Positions 26,561 through 40,015 of a stretch of 64,000 bases of DNA are shown here, piece by piece. The stretch's first letter is position 1, and every line of letters begins with the position of its first letter. The DNA comes from Lama guanicoe (Eukaryota). The notes beneath the pieces are model-generated. The model saw only the letters and a list, made by a program, of their open reading frames with translations, had not been told where the DNA came from and made no database searches. The translations under genes and the position numbers were made by a program. The stretch is from positions 10,933,231-10,997,230 of the forward strand of contig MU054187.1 of assembly GCA_013239625.1 (NCBI GenBank), in the 5' to 3' direction.

Positions 26561-27024
26561 CTGTAAGACCAAATCCATACTTGATAAATTTGAAAAAAAA
26601 ATGTTAAATCCTAAAAATAAACACTGATTTTAACTAAATTGTATATTCCAAGATTGAATCTTTTGCTGACTTTTTTTTACAATAGTCCATTTAGTGCCTC
26701 TCATTCTGCTGAGAGTCTAAAGGAATCAAAATCTAGAATTTACTAATTGTAAAGTACATCATCTAATCCAGCACCTTCACCTGCTTCATTTTATCCCAAG
26801 AGGGGAAGTGACATGCCCTAGATTAGCCAGGGTAAAGAACTGTGACTCCTAATCCCGGGGGCACTTTTCACTGCAAAGCCCATCTCTCTTATGGTAGGAA
26901 TTTTAATTTTAATCCTATTAACAAACTGTTTTCAAGAGTTACTGATGCTACAAGAGTTGTGTTTTTAAAAATGAAATTCATTTTAAAATGAAACTCATTA
27001 AAATTTTTTGTTTTAGTGTTTCAA

Positions 27025-28150
27025 TTTTTTAAATATGTTATAATAGTTTTAGATTTACAGAATTACTGTGAAGGTAGTAGAATTCCTATAAACATCTCCC
27101 CCAGTTTCAACTATTGTTATTACTTTACATTAAAAGGTACATTTGTCACAATTAATGAACCAGTATTGATACACTATGAGTAGCTAAATCTATGCTTTAT
27201 TCATGTTTCTTCAGTTTTCCCCTAACCTCCTTTTTACGGTCCTAAGACCCCACCTGATATATCACATTGCCCTTTCTACTTATGCGACCATTCCTCAGAC
27301 TTCCCTTGTGTTTGATGACTATAACAGTTTTGAAGAGTAGTGGTCATATATTTTGTTGATTGTCCCTCAGGTGAAATTTGTATGGTATTTCTCATGGTTA
27401 GACTTGGATAATGTGTTTTTAGGAGGAAGACCATCAGACAAAATTCCATTTTTATCTCGGGTACATATTATCGATAGGAATTATTACTGTTGATATTGAC
27501 CTTAATCACCTGGGTTTAGATAGTGTTTGTCAGTTTTTTCCATAGTCGAGTTACTCTTTTTGCCTTCTCTTTCCATATTGTACTCTTTGGAAGAAAGTCA
27601 CTATATGTAGCCCATACTAAAGATGTGGGAAGTTATTTTCCACTTCCTTAAGTATCTACATAAATTATTTGAAATCCTCCTGCATGGCATATTTGTCTCT
27701 TCTTGCCCATTTGTTGATGTAGTCAATAATGTATTTTCATTAGAATGGATTCATAGATATTTATTTTACATGTTGAGTAGTAACCCAGTGCTACTTTATT
27801 TACTTTATTGCTCAAATTGTTCTAGCTTTGGCCACCGAGAGATTTTTCAGTTGGCTCCTTTATCCCTTTGAAATACCCCCATCATTCTCTGTGTGTGTAT
27901 GTGTCTTAGCACTTTTTTGTTTTCTGGCACAACGAGATGCTCCAGGTTTATCTTGTATATTTCCTGCCTTGGTCCAAGAATCAATAATTTCCCTAAGATT
28001 CCTGTTTTTTTCATTGAAAAATTGTCTTAGAAATCAAGATCTAGGTGGTAGTTGCGTTTGTTACTACTGGAGTGTCATTGTATCTAAGTCCTCTCAGCTG
28101 CCAGAGATAACTGTGTGTTTAGTAACCCACGTACATATAAAGATCTATAA
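27025..28150 (-). mobile_element. L1MC-like 3' end
   Basis: tagttttagatttacagaa...gtacatttgtcacaattaatgaaccagtattgatacac...gatgctccaggtttatcttgtatatttcctgcc. Confidence 0.75.
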
Positions 28151-28159
28151 AGAAGTATA

Positions 28160-28600
28160 ACATAGGAAAGCATCTTGGTAGATTAGAGAGGATGAAAAAT
28201 TAAGGTGCTACCAGTTAATTATAGCTGGGCTGGAAGTGTGAGTCGGGTTGGGATGGAGATGGAAGTGGCGGTAGCTCAGAGGCTAGACAAGTCTATATCA
28301 TGAAGGGCCCTGAGTTTAGATTTTACACTGGGAATAATGAGAAGACCATTCAAGGATTATATACGAGGTGATGAATACATCATATGACATTTAAAAAAAC
28401 TCGCTTTAGCAGGGAACTGGTGGAGAGAATAAGGAGGGTATGAGTCTTAATCCTAGATAACTTCCTAGATGGCTTTCAGTACGGCCTGGATGGAAGATGG
28501 TTAAGGTGTGCTTTAGGACAGTGGCAGGTGCAGAGCAGCAAGGATGTATCTGAGAAATATATTAACAAAAATAAGGAAGTAATAAGAGGTAGGAGGCAGT
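28160..28600 (-). mobile_element. L2 relic
   Basis: gagtttagattttacactgggaataatgagaagaccattcaagg, purine-rich L2 body. Confidence 0.55.
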
Positions 28601-29037
28601 GAAGTAGTACTGAAGGCTAAGTTGAGAATATTCTCTAAATCCTACTAGTCTTTATTCTCATTTAAGGGAATTTGGAACCTAGATGGCAAACATGCATGTT
28701 TTATGGAACTTTATATTGACTATTTCATTATTAGATTTTCAAGAACAAGTGCCAAGAATTCCATGAAAATATTAATTCAGAAAGGAACAAGTTCTAGATA
28801 TTTTTTTTCTTATGAGGACATTATATCTTATTAAAAGGAGAAAGAAAAAAATGAGTTCAAAGTTCATGGTGTGTCCATGAAATGAAAAGGAATTTAAACT
28901 TAGAAGTCTTCCCTATTGTGAGGAAATTGTTATTATGGTTTTTTGGACATGTAATTCATAGGGACTGAAGTGTTCGTCCATATTGGTATTCACAATATCA
29001 ACTAGAGTTTAATTCAAATCACTTTCTTCTTTGGCAG

Positions 29038-29131
29038 GATGACTCTTTAAAGCAGTTGCAGGTAGTGCATCAACCATGGATCTTGCCAAGTGACACAGAA
29101 AGTGAGGGCGTGGAAGCAGAACAGGATAAAC
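29038..29131 (+). CDS. C8orf34: C8orf34 orthologue coding exon (94 nt, [31 protein letters not shown])
   Basis: Acceptor ttcttctttggcag|GAT and donor AAAC|gtgagt; phase 0-1. Near-identical to recalled human [31 protein letters not shown]. Confidence 0.96.
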
Positions 29132-30269
29132 GTGAGTAGACATTGCTATTGATGGACAAATTGCTTTGAGCCGGAGGGCATCCGTGATGATACTGTGTCC
29201 CTTTCGTGACATCAAACAGTATCTGCAAACCATTCAGGTTTGTTCAGGGAGAACGTGTAAAGGTAAGCCAGACTTTGGGTCTGTGGTAATAATTGTGGCT
29301 GAATAATTGTCATAAAATTATTTATAGCTTTATTAAAATTTTAATATTGGATTTATAGTTTAGCCATAGATTTTGCCATTGGGTCTATCAATCACTCTAA
29401 AGAAGGTCGTTCTTAAATTCTCCTAACCATAGATCTAGAACCCAAAATACTTGATTTCAGGAATGTCATACTTGGAGGTGACCCTTGACAATGGTAAACT
29501 GTTTGAAATAAACTCAACGTTTAAAAATAATTAGATGATAATAGGATCCATCTGGAAATGGAATGCTAGCTAGCAACGTAGCCAAGCTCATAGCACAGAG
29601 AAGCAAATACTTTTCAAGAGCTGCATCTGACACTGAAGTCCTGGGACAAGTAATTGTAAGATGGAGCCACTGAGGTACTGGTATTTGTACTCAGTATGTG
29701 AGGTTGTGGACCAGCTGGCAAGGTATGTATAGATCATCTACTTCATTTTCTCTGTGAAAGAAAATAAATGACAGAAATCTACGTGAACCCAGCATCTGAT
29801 TTAGAGTCTAGGGGCTCATGTATTCGAGATTTATGAGTGAGGAAAAGGACAAGATTCATCATTCCAATGGCAACACCTGTTTCTTGACTCAGCTTTCTAT
29901 AAATTATACATAAGTTATTTCATGGAATTTTCAGATTTCTCCTGAGACAAAATTATCATGGCGGGAAGTTTCCAAATAATGTCAGGCTCTCTGGAATGGT
30001 GCTTTTTTCTTATTGCATCACTTTAAAATAAGACTTATTGCAGATAAGTTTTATAAAAGATCACCATTTAGGAAAAGATGTCTTGAATAATTAAATGGGA
30101 ATCTTTAAAAACTTTTATTATAAACAAAATAGGCAGAACCTTTGAGTAGACTTTTTTTTCTTACTATGACGGTAATATAAAAATCTACATCACAAATTTT
30201 AAAAACTCATGTCAGGAGTGTGTTTGTTTTTAATCTCTCAGATTATAATTCGAAGTCACTAAATAAGTC

Positions 30270-30436
30270 AAATTACAGATGTCTGAATCTACTGGGGTAC
30301 TTGTTTGATACTCATTTTCCTGGACTCCACTTCAGACACACTGAAGCAGAATCTCTGTGCGTGGGACTCTGAATTCTGTATTCCTGGTAAACTCCTCAGT
30401 TGATCTTTGCTTATCCTAAAGGTTGAGAACCACTGG
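30270..30436. mobile_element. MER5-family relic
   Basis: actgaagcagaatctctg...aaaggttgagaaccactg. Confidence 0.7.
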
Positions 30437-32059
30437 GATGAAAAAGTCCAATGAATCAGAGAGTTGTGCTTTCAGAGTTGCCTTCATAATGTTGTTAAAC
30501 TTTGGGCCTTGTTTCTCTAGGCTGCTTTTCCCATCTGTAAGTTAAGTCTGGACACAAAATGTGAGAATAGAGAAGAAAGGCTGAAACTTGAGGAGATAAA
30601 TGTGGAGTAAAATTGAGGGTCAGGTCCTCTAATCAGTAGGTTCAACATCTACAAAGGCATAAAGTCATAAAACAGCTAGAGTCAAGCCAGCCAGCAGCCT
30701 CTAACTACATTTTGGATTTATAAACGTGAATAACCAAGCTAAAAACAAGCAAACAAATGAAAAAAAGTTTAGGGCATCAGAACTCATACCAGTCAATAAA
30801 TCCTCTAATTTAGATATGTCAACATTTGCATGTTTTATATCTGTTATTATAATAAATATTTAAGAATTAATACTTGGCTAATAAATATAAAAGTAAGTTA
30901 ATAATTGCTTCTAATTATCTGTTAGAAGCAAAGCATTCTAATGTCAAATTGAAATTTTTCATTCTAATATTGATTGTAGAGAATTATTTTGGTTATAAAT
31001 AAGTTTTTGCAATTTCTAGAGGCCAAATGACTCTGAATTATTCATGTGGCATTCTTACTTTAAATGTTTCTCATGTCTGAGGTAAAAGTCTGATATTATG
31101 AATGGTTCAATTGATTTCTAAGTTCCTAGAAAAAATTTAAAGGCTAACATGTAATAACATATAAAACTTAATCTCACCAAATAAACTATTATTAAGTGTA
31201 AAGGAAAAATGTGTCAAGTTACTCAGCAATATATATAAGGTTACATGCTTCAAATTACCTGCTTTGCTTATTAGAACTCCTTGTCACATGCAATAGTGGT
31301 CAGAAAATTTAAAAACAGGTATCAGAGAAGACTGTATTTAAACAACGAGACAGCTGAACTGTTCTTTTGAAATGCAAAAATTTTTGGAGTATTGTATGGA
31401 GTTGAATTCTTTAAGATTAAAAATAGGAGATACATGGTCCAATTCTTTGTTATTTTGAAAAATCAAAGTTATAAGTGAGTAGCACATGTTTTTAATTCTT
31501 TTACCAAATACTTTTTGTCTATCTTGGAATATTCTTTTATTTTTCTAGGTGTGGCTTAAAACTATAAAATACAATAATGACAACAAACTGAAGGAACATC
31601 TAGTTCATTTTTTAACCTTGGTGGACTTAGCTTATAGGGCAGCCTTCTATCAGATGAGATGCATCTTTCATAAATGGGAAGAATGTACTAGCTGGCTACA
31701 AGGCTATTTTTCTGTTCTCTATGGATTTTGTCCTGTGTATTTTCAGTTACTGAAGGAACTTGAGCATATTCACGCTAGACAAACTGTTCCATTATTCCCC
31801 TCAACACTGACCTGCTTCACCTTCACAAATTGAGCAGACCTGGACATTTTTGTCCCAAACAAGGAATTTGGATAAGAGTCTCCAATACGTTCCATATGCC
31901 CCATTGGCCAGATTCCTCCTGAGAACAATCATGTTTATGGATCTTGAAGAGTCAACATATTTAGAAGGAGAAGCTGCTCTATGTTATGGGAGTTGCAAAA
32001 AAAAAGTTATCTCTTTTCAATAGTAAGTTACAGAGACGTGCATAAGAATCTGTAGCATA

Positions 32060-32450
32060 AGGCATACTATTTCTTAAGAGATAAATAGAATGCTAAGGAA
32101 GCTAAAGGAGTGAAATATAACATTAAGTCCACAGAAGAAACATGGAATTAGAGAGATGTTCATGAAGAAAGTGGTTCTGGAACTGAGAGATGGGTAAGAT
32201 TTTGGAGGGCAGGGATGGGCAAGAATACAAGCAAGACTGTAGCTTGGGCAATTGCACAGAGGCAGAAAGAGCATTGTTTGGTTGCCTAGGGAACATAGCA
32301 GTTAATACTATCTGGGGAAGACAGTGGACATTTACAGTGGATTAGAGAGAAATAAGCCTGAAAAGGTAAGCCATGAAAAAAACCAGAGAGGGTCCAAATT
32401 GTAAGGATAAGAAATGTGAATGGATAAAGTACACAGTGGGGAAATCTTTA
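32060..32450 (-). mobile_element. L2 relic
   Basis: ttcatgaagaaagtggttctggaactgaga...ggcaattgcacagaggcagaaagagc. Confidence 0.5.
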
Positions 32451-32969
32451 CCTAGAGAGGAACTCTGAGGAGAAGATTCATATATGTAGCTTTGGCTAAC
32501 ACTCACACAAATGATGGGGAGGCCCAGGTATTTGGCCCTTTACATATTTCATAACTCAGTGAGAAGAAAATTAGTTTTTAAGCTACCTGTACATGAGTGC
32601 TATTTCAAACAGAGATCATCATCTCCCTAAGAAATGCCATTTACAAAATTCTACTAATATAATGGTTTTTAAAGATCTACTTTACTAAGCAAAGAAGGTA
32701 AACATGGACTAATGGTGCAGCCTAACTTTTAGGAGGGAAAATAAATCATTGTGAATTAAGGTTAATCTCTGCTGTCTGATAGGATCATGGGACTTCCTTG
32801 TTAGCCAAAATTATCTCCTTCTAGCTGCCCAAAGTTTTTCTATTTACATTGGCGTACTGCCTAAGATGTTACCAGTTCTTGAATCCTACAAGGTTGAAGG
32901 TCACATACCCTTTTAATATCCTTTCAATGATTGTTCTTGAGATTGCAGCATGTATTGTTTATTTAGCAG

Positions 32970-33560
32970 AGCCTCATGTTCATTGATCCTTTTATCCTTT
33001 TTATTTAGAACTCCATTTTTAATTATTCACTAGTGTTGCCATGTATTTAAATTTCCTACATATTTTAAACACTACAAAGCTTTATTATTATCGTCATATA
33101 TTGCCAATATTCATTTACATTTTCCTCAAATTTTACTCTCCTTGATGCTGTTCACTTCTTTCTTCCTCTATGAGATGCCATCTTAAATTACTTTTCTTTG
33201 GCTTGAAGAATATCAGCTAATATTTATATTAGTTTGTGATTACTGATGATGAATTATCTTTGTCTGAAATTTCTTCATCCTCCATTTTTCTTGAAGAATA
33301 TTTTCACTGGATATAAAAGTCAAGGCTTTTTTTTTTTCTTCTCAGCACTTTGAAGGTATCATTTTATCATGTTGTGAAGTCACCTGTCAGTTTTACTTCA
33401 ATGTTTTTAAGATTTTCACTTTCTCTTTTATTTTTGCAACTTTACCATGATGTACCTAGGTGTGACTATTTTCAGCTGAAACTTGGCTTCTTTGTATTAA
33501 ACTTGGGTGATGAGAATGCTTCTAAATCTATAGCTTTTATATATTTGGCAGCTTTGAGTT
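32970..33560 (-). mobile_element. Old L1 fragment
   Basis: tttcttgaagaatattttcactggatataaaa...tctcagcactttgaaggtatcatt. Confidence 0.6.
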
Positions 33561-33563
33561 GTA

Positions 33564-33569
<6 letters not shown>

Positions 33570-33614
<45 letters not shown>
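33570..33614. repeat. (TC)n microsatellite
   Basis: Seen directly. Confidence 0.95.
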
Positions 33615-33618
<4 letters not shown>

Positions 33619-33647
33619 CTCTGTCACAAGTCTTTTCTGGCTTCTTT

Positions 33648-33930
33648 TCTAGTCAGCTATTGCTGCATAACAAATCACTCAAAACCTTTATGGCTTAAAA
33701 AACAATCACTTATTTAACTCACATATCTGCAGTTTGAACAGGGTTCAACTAGGAAAGCTTATATCTTTTCCATGAAGCAGCAGCTAGAGTGGTTTAAGTG
33801 GGGTTGGAGGATACACTTAGAAGATGGGTAACTCACATGAATAACATGTTGGTAGTCACTGTTGCCTAAGAGTTTATTCAGGGCTGATGGTCAGGGACCT
33901 TGATTTCTCTTCATATAGAGCTTTCCTCAT
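33648..33930 (-). mobile_element. MLT1 (MaLR) LTR fragment
   Basis: tagtcagctattgctgcataacaaatcactcaaaac...tggcttaaaaaacaatcacttattt. Confidence 0.7.
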
Positions 33931-33949
33931 GCAAATCTCCATGGAATAG

Positions 33950-35150
33950 TTGAGAACTAACACCTATCCTTCTCAAACTATTCCTAAAAATTGAAGAGGA
34001 TGAAATCCTCCCAAATTTATTCTACAAGGCCACCATTAGACTGATACTAAAACCAGACAAAGACACTACAAAAAAAGAAAATTACAGGCCAATATCCCTG
34101 ATGAATACAGATGCAAAATTCCTCAACAAAATATTAGCAAGCTCTATTCAGCAATATCTTAAAAGGATCATACACCATGATCAAGTGGAATTTATGACAG
34201 GGATGCAAGGATGGTTCAATATCCACAGTCAATCAACAAGATATACCACATTAACAAAACAAGACAATGGACAGAAATCAAATGATCACCTCGACAGATG
34301 CAGAAAAAGCATTTGACAAAATTTAGCCTTCTTTCATGATAAATACTCTCAACAACTGGGTTTGGAGGGACATACCTCAACTTAATAAAGGCCATTCATG
34401 ACAGGCCCACAGTTGACATCATACTCAAGGGTGAAAAGCTGAAAGTATTTTCTGTAAGATCAAGAACAAGACAAGGATGCCCACTCTCGCCACTTTTATT
34501 TAACATAGTGTAAGGAGTCCTAGCCACAGCAATCAGACAAGAAACAGAAATAAAAAGAAGTCAAACTGTAAAGGAAGGAGTGAAAGTTTCACTGTTTGCA
34601 GATGACAAGATACTACATAGAGAAAATTTTAAAGATGCCACTAAAAACTATTAGAACTCATAAATGAATTCAGTAAAGTTGCAGGATACAAAATCAATAT
34701 ACAGAAAGAGAAATTAAGAAAACTATCCCATTTAAATTGCCTCAAAAGGAATAAAATGCCTAAGAATAAATCAAACTAAAGAGATAAAACAGGTCTAAAA
34801 ACTATAAAATCTAAAAACAGAACAAATGAACAAACAAAACAAAACAGAAACAGACTCATAAGTACAGAAAACAAATTAGTGGTCACCAGAAGGGAGAGGT
34901 GTGGACAATGGGCAAAGTAGGTAAAGGGAATTAAGAGACACAAACCTCCAGTTAAAATAATAAATAATTCACAGGATGTAATATACAGTATAAGGAATAC
35001 GGTCAATAATATTATAATAACTTTATGGGGACCAGTAGTTACTGGAATTACTGTGGTGCTCATGTCATAATGTATGAAATGTCAAATCATTCTGTAGTAT
35101 ACCTGAAATTAGCATAATATTCTATGTCAACTATGTTTCAATTAAAAAAA
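33950..35150 (+). mobile_element. L1 fragment: decayed ORF2 reverse-transcriptase segment joined to the 3'UTR
   Basis: ORF 34101 reads [13 protein letters not shown]...[17 protein letters not shown]; downstream are [11 protein letters not shown] and LFADD motifs; the element ends caactatgtttcaattaaaaaaa. Confidence 0.92.
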
Positions 35151-37624
35151 TATTTTGTCCAACTCTTTTACATATTTTTAGTGGAATACTTTATCTGAAT
35201 AATTTACCCAGCCATTACTGGATGTTACATTTCTCACTCCAGTATATTTCAATAAATATGAGCGCAGTCAACACATTTTCAGATTATGCGTTTTGTTTTT
35301 ACAGAGTAAGAAAATACTAACTTTTTCATCGCTTTAAAGTGTGCCAAACATAGTAGATACATAGTATGTAAATTCTAAGTTTTTACTTAAGAATTAACTA
35401 AGCATATGTCATATGAAATGATTTCTATTTGTTAAAAAGTTAATGACAATATTAACTTATCTTTTATCCTACAAGGACTTTAGTCTCTCACTTATTATTA
35501 GGTTTCTATTTAGCATTACTGATGTTTTTATTAATGGCATTGTTCTTACTTCTGTATGGAATTCCTTCCATGCACTTGCTAGGTTCTCACTGTAGTTTAC
35601 TAGTGGACTCATTGTTCTATTGTGAGCACAAACATGTGTCATTTAATATTCTCAGTGGGAGTCTAATTTCATTTTTTAGAAGCTATGATGGAATGGTAAA
35701 AAACTAGGAGCCAGGAGACTCATTTAAGGTCCTGCTTCTTCCCTGTGGTCCCCACACTAGTAAATTGCAGAGGATGGGCTCTCACTCAACTGCATCTACA
35801 GTTGGTGAATTCTCAGATTGTAACTCAGATTGTAGATACATGTAACTACATGGGAATAAGGGAGAATGCTCTCCTCCAAGGTTCTCTGCCAAATACCTTT
35901 GCCTTTTACTTACTAGCCAGGAATGATTTATCTTTTCATTTGTGAAGCTACAGCTCATTTTTTTCCTTAATTATTTATGGCATTTGCATTCAACTTATTG
36001 CCTTTAATATGCCTTGCCACTGCAGAGGTGAGAGGGGTTTTATAGCCCCAATTTGGGGCAAAAAGAGTGGCCTCTCCCTTTGGTGGGCTCATGCATGGTG
36101 TGACTGTCTTGAGCCGTGCTCTTACGTGTTACCCCAGGCTGTGAGAGTTTGTCTCACAGCTACTAATGGGAGCACCTGCAGCTATGTGATCATTGATCTC
36201 AACCTACTGTATTATTTTATTCTTTTTTCTGCTGCTTCCGACTCAAGTGCTTACTTTTATCAAACTAAAAAAAAAATTAATGAACAGAAGATGCTATATT
36301 TTTATTGTCTCAGCTAGCGTAGACTGGCCTAGACTCTGAGAAGTTAGTGGAATACTTGTTTTTAGGATCTGGCAAGAAATCCTAGCCTGGAAATACACTT
36401 CATGGCTGAAGAAACTATTTGTGTAGGCATAATTAAGAGGATGTATAAAGACAGAATAGGAGTTCTAAGTACAGAACTTCAAAAATGTGCATAATAAATC
36501 TGTTTTCACTGAGAAAGTTAACGTATACTCTAATAGATGTATAATTTAATAATAAACTGGGAAAATTGTCACATAGTCTGACATAAAATAAAACTACAGT
36601 CTATTTGGGGATATATTTAGAACTCTAACTTTCAGTTTCTCCTTAACGCCTATTAAGAGTAATTGAAATTTGAAGGCTTATGTAGAAACACATGTATCTC
36701 TGAAAAAGGAGAACATGGAAGAGGACTGACATTTATTAAATTTTTGTTGTTATGTGCTATGTAGTATCTCTAATCCTCTCAACAACTTGATGTGACGGTG
36801 ATGTTACTGATGCTACAAACGCAGATTTGTTAAAAACCTTTCCCAAGGATATGCAGTTAATAAGTGGAATTTGCATTCTAACTTAATCCAAAGCCACATG
36901 TTCTGCTCTGCATTTCTAGAAGCTTAAAAAGGGAGGGAGGGGAAAGGAATGTGTGTATAGATGGTATCAAGAAAGGAATTATTTCACTGCACACTAAAAA
37001 GAGTTTGTATCATAAAGAAAGCACCATAAGATATAAAAATAAGGAAAATGACATATAAAGAAACAAGCAGTAATACATTTGGGTAGGAAATCTGCTTTTA
37101 ATATAAACTTCAACTTGATTTAGTTATATTTATACTGTGCTCCAAATTATTATCTACAGGCAAAGTCGTCCAGAAAATTAAGGGAGGCATATATGATAAA
37201 CATAAAAATTAAAATTTTGACAGAATAAAATAAATAACATTTAGTAATTACATTAAGCATGTTTTCAATCCCATAGTAAGCTATTAAAAATAGAACAACT
37301 GTTCAAAGCATACTGCCAAATTTCTTCAAAATGGCTTGTTTTGAAATGTTGACTAAATATCCCAAAACTGTATATCAATTTTAGTATAATTAAACATTCT
37401 TCAGCCCCAAAACATAGCTTTCCTTCGTATTCTTAAGCATAAATTATACATGACTTTCCCCTTCGTATTAGGACAAAAAAGTTTATCCATTTGTTAATAT
37501 GTAGAACAATTTTCTGAAAGTTTCTACTAGTTATATAAGGCTTTATAATTTATAAATGGCTTCCACATACTTAATTCCAAAAATTAACCTATTAGGAAAA
37601 TTTAACCTTAATATTCTTATTTTA

Positions 37625-37712
37625 CACTGTAAGTGTTCAACACTAATAAATATTTATACGTTCAGTATTTACTTAGTAAGTATTTACTGAATAAATTGAA
37701 TGAATGAATGAA
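37625..37712 (+). mobile_element. L2 3' tail
   Basis: gtaagtatttactgaataaattgaatgaatgaatgaat. Confidence 0.6.
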
Positions 37713-39089
37713 TTTAGTTCAGATTGGCTAAGTGACTTGACGATCACTCAAGCAAGCAGCCAAGCCTGTCTCCATCTTCCGATTATTCAGGGAGGCCCTC
37801 GTGTCTAGAAACATAGACGGATAAATGATGTGTACAATAAATGAGTTATCGGTATACACAAGACACAGCACATTCAATGACATTTCGTATGTTGGGTGTG
37901 TTGTTCCTCTGCAGTAACGATAGTTCAATCAGAGTTGCAGTGAACAGGGAGCATTAACACAGCAGCATTGACATCAGTCCCTACACATGCATTTGTGATG
38001 TGTTGCCACAGGTGATGTGTGCTGCTGTTTTCCACTGAACAACCCTGTACCTGTAGCATTGAAGAGGAAAGAAGAGGGTTCTCATCTGCAAACAAAAATA
38101 TCATCTTTCCTTCTAGACTTTATGGCTTGTTCTTTCCCCACCAAAGCTGCGTCGTTACTTACATCCCCACAAATGTGGGGACGAACTGGCTGTCGCCCGT
38201 CCGGGCAGTCCTGTATCACAGAGGGCAGCCGTGTAAGGCGGACACCTCAGTCAGCTGTCACACAGGGACGTTATGCTGAAGTTCAGTTCAGAAACGTGCG
38301 ATCAGTTACTGCTGTCTTTCATTCCTGTTGTCCTTGGCCGGCTGCCTTGCTCCGCTGCCCCTATCAAACTAAAATCTTCTCGTGTATTTGTATTCTTAAC
38401 CACTGCTGACGTATTTCCCAGATCTTTCCACTGTGGTCTATGAAACAGGAATTCGATTTGCAAACTGATCATTCTTCAATGCTATTCAAAGAACCCTCCC
38501 CACGCCTTTTTTTTTTTTTTTTGCCTCATTTGAAATGATTCCTAGAAGACACTGCTTTCCTTTTTAGCCTTCACCAGGGGCGGCTGCCGCTTTCCATCGC
38601 AGCACGGTGTCATTAATCTTCTACCTGGAATCCCCCTTCTCTTTAGGCTCCTGTCATTTGTCCTGGTGTCCTGTGTCTTTGTTTGTCACTGTAATCTCGC
38701 TAATCACTTCTGGTCCTTCGTGTGGGGTGCTGACATTTGGGTCGCTGCTTTCCCCTCTGCCACACTCCTGTCTTTAGGAAACTTTAAGTTTCATTTGGGG
38801 ATTTTCCCAATGTCCTACTGTTATAATTCCTTGGTCCTCTCAAGTCTAAGGCTCTTGTAAGGCAGTGTAATGTTTTCTCTTGTCAAATGTGAAATAGCAT
38901 CCAACTCTGAGATCTCAGATTGCTATAATCTACTCTCTGTCCCCAACCTTCTACCTTTCAGATTCTCTATTTCCTACTAAACCCACACTTCAGTCTTACT
39001 TTGGTATCCAGGCACCACTACTCCTTTTTCTTCAAATTTGCCAGACCACAGCTGGCTTCATCCTTCACCCTAATGTCCATGCTGCGCAG

Positions 39090-39270
39090 AACAGTGATGT
39101 TCAGAGCGTGGTCCACAAACGGCAGCAAACACCTCTCGGGAACTTGGCGGTTTCCTTGGGCCCCACCCCACATCTACTAAGTCAGAGACTCCGATGGTGG
39201 ACTCCAGCAATCTGTGTTTTAAAAGCCTTCCAGGTGATTCTGATACACTTAAAACTTAAGGGAACTATTA
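39090..39270. mobile_element. MER5A-like relic
   Basis: gggccccaccccacatctactaagtcagagactc...cagcaatctgtgttttaaaagccttccaggtgattctgat. Confidence 0.8.
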
Positions 39271-39559
39271 ACATAGAGCATAATTCAACTGCTCTCTTGC
39301 CAGCACCTCTCATATCTTTGGGTAGTAAAGAACATTCAGACGTGAATGCATCCTTATTTTATTCAAAGCCCCTGTATGTGTAAGATTTCTACACATTTGC
39401 CAAGTTCTCTAGGTTTCTTCACCATCAACTCTCCATAAGCAAGCCCCACCTTGAATTCACATGTCTCTTGTAGTTCCTATTCATCTAAATTTGAATTCTC
39501 TGAAATTATCAAATACTCACTGCTTAATGTTATTTCCAAAGATGTTCCCCTTAGAAACC

Positions 39560-39690
39560 CCACTCTGTGGAGGATGCTGAGCGATGACAACTTGCTCAAG
39601 GTCACATGTATAAAAAGAAATGGGGCCAGAATTTGACCTCAGGCCTATCTGAGTACAAAACTCATGCTTTTTTTTATTATACTATTTTGC
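39560..39690 (-). mobile_element. MIR relic
   Basis: aacttgctcaaggtcaca...ggggccagaatttgacctcagg. Confidence 0.6.
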
Positions 39691-39746
39691 TGCTAAATTA
39701 CATGAAGCAGCATTGCATTGGCATGCCTCTTTCACTCTAGCTGAAG

Positions 39747-40015
39747 CAGTATTCAACCAGTGTATCCCTAGAGAACATTAAAAAGTGAGTTACCTGGAAA
39801 TCTATTATCAAATAACTTTGATAAATATCAGGTTGAGTAGTTTCCCTTTATTATAAGACTTCTAAGAGCCTTTAATATGCTGGTGTGTATTTTGATCTTC
39901 CAAAAGGCAGATGGTATTTTGTCCAAAAGTCTTTGATCAAGGAACTATTTGTTTGTGGATCATCTATATTAACACCTTGCAGGACCAGCATTCCAAGATC
40001 TGCTTTGGAAAACTT
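39747..40015. mobile_element. MER112-like hAT relic
   Basis: gacttctaagagcctttaatatgctggtgtgtattttgatcttccaa...ctttggaaaac. Confidence 0.65.

Noticed and set aside
31549..31833. 94-aa + strand ORF as an extra C8orf34 coding exon
   Set aside because: The preceding exon ends in phase 1, which reads RVA* here; the long frame needs phase 0 and resembles nothing I know.
38571..38588. Possible CTCF site tcaccaggggcggc
   Set aside because: Mismatches at core positions of the consensus; not supportable by eye.
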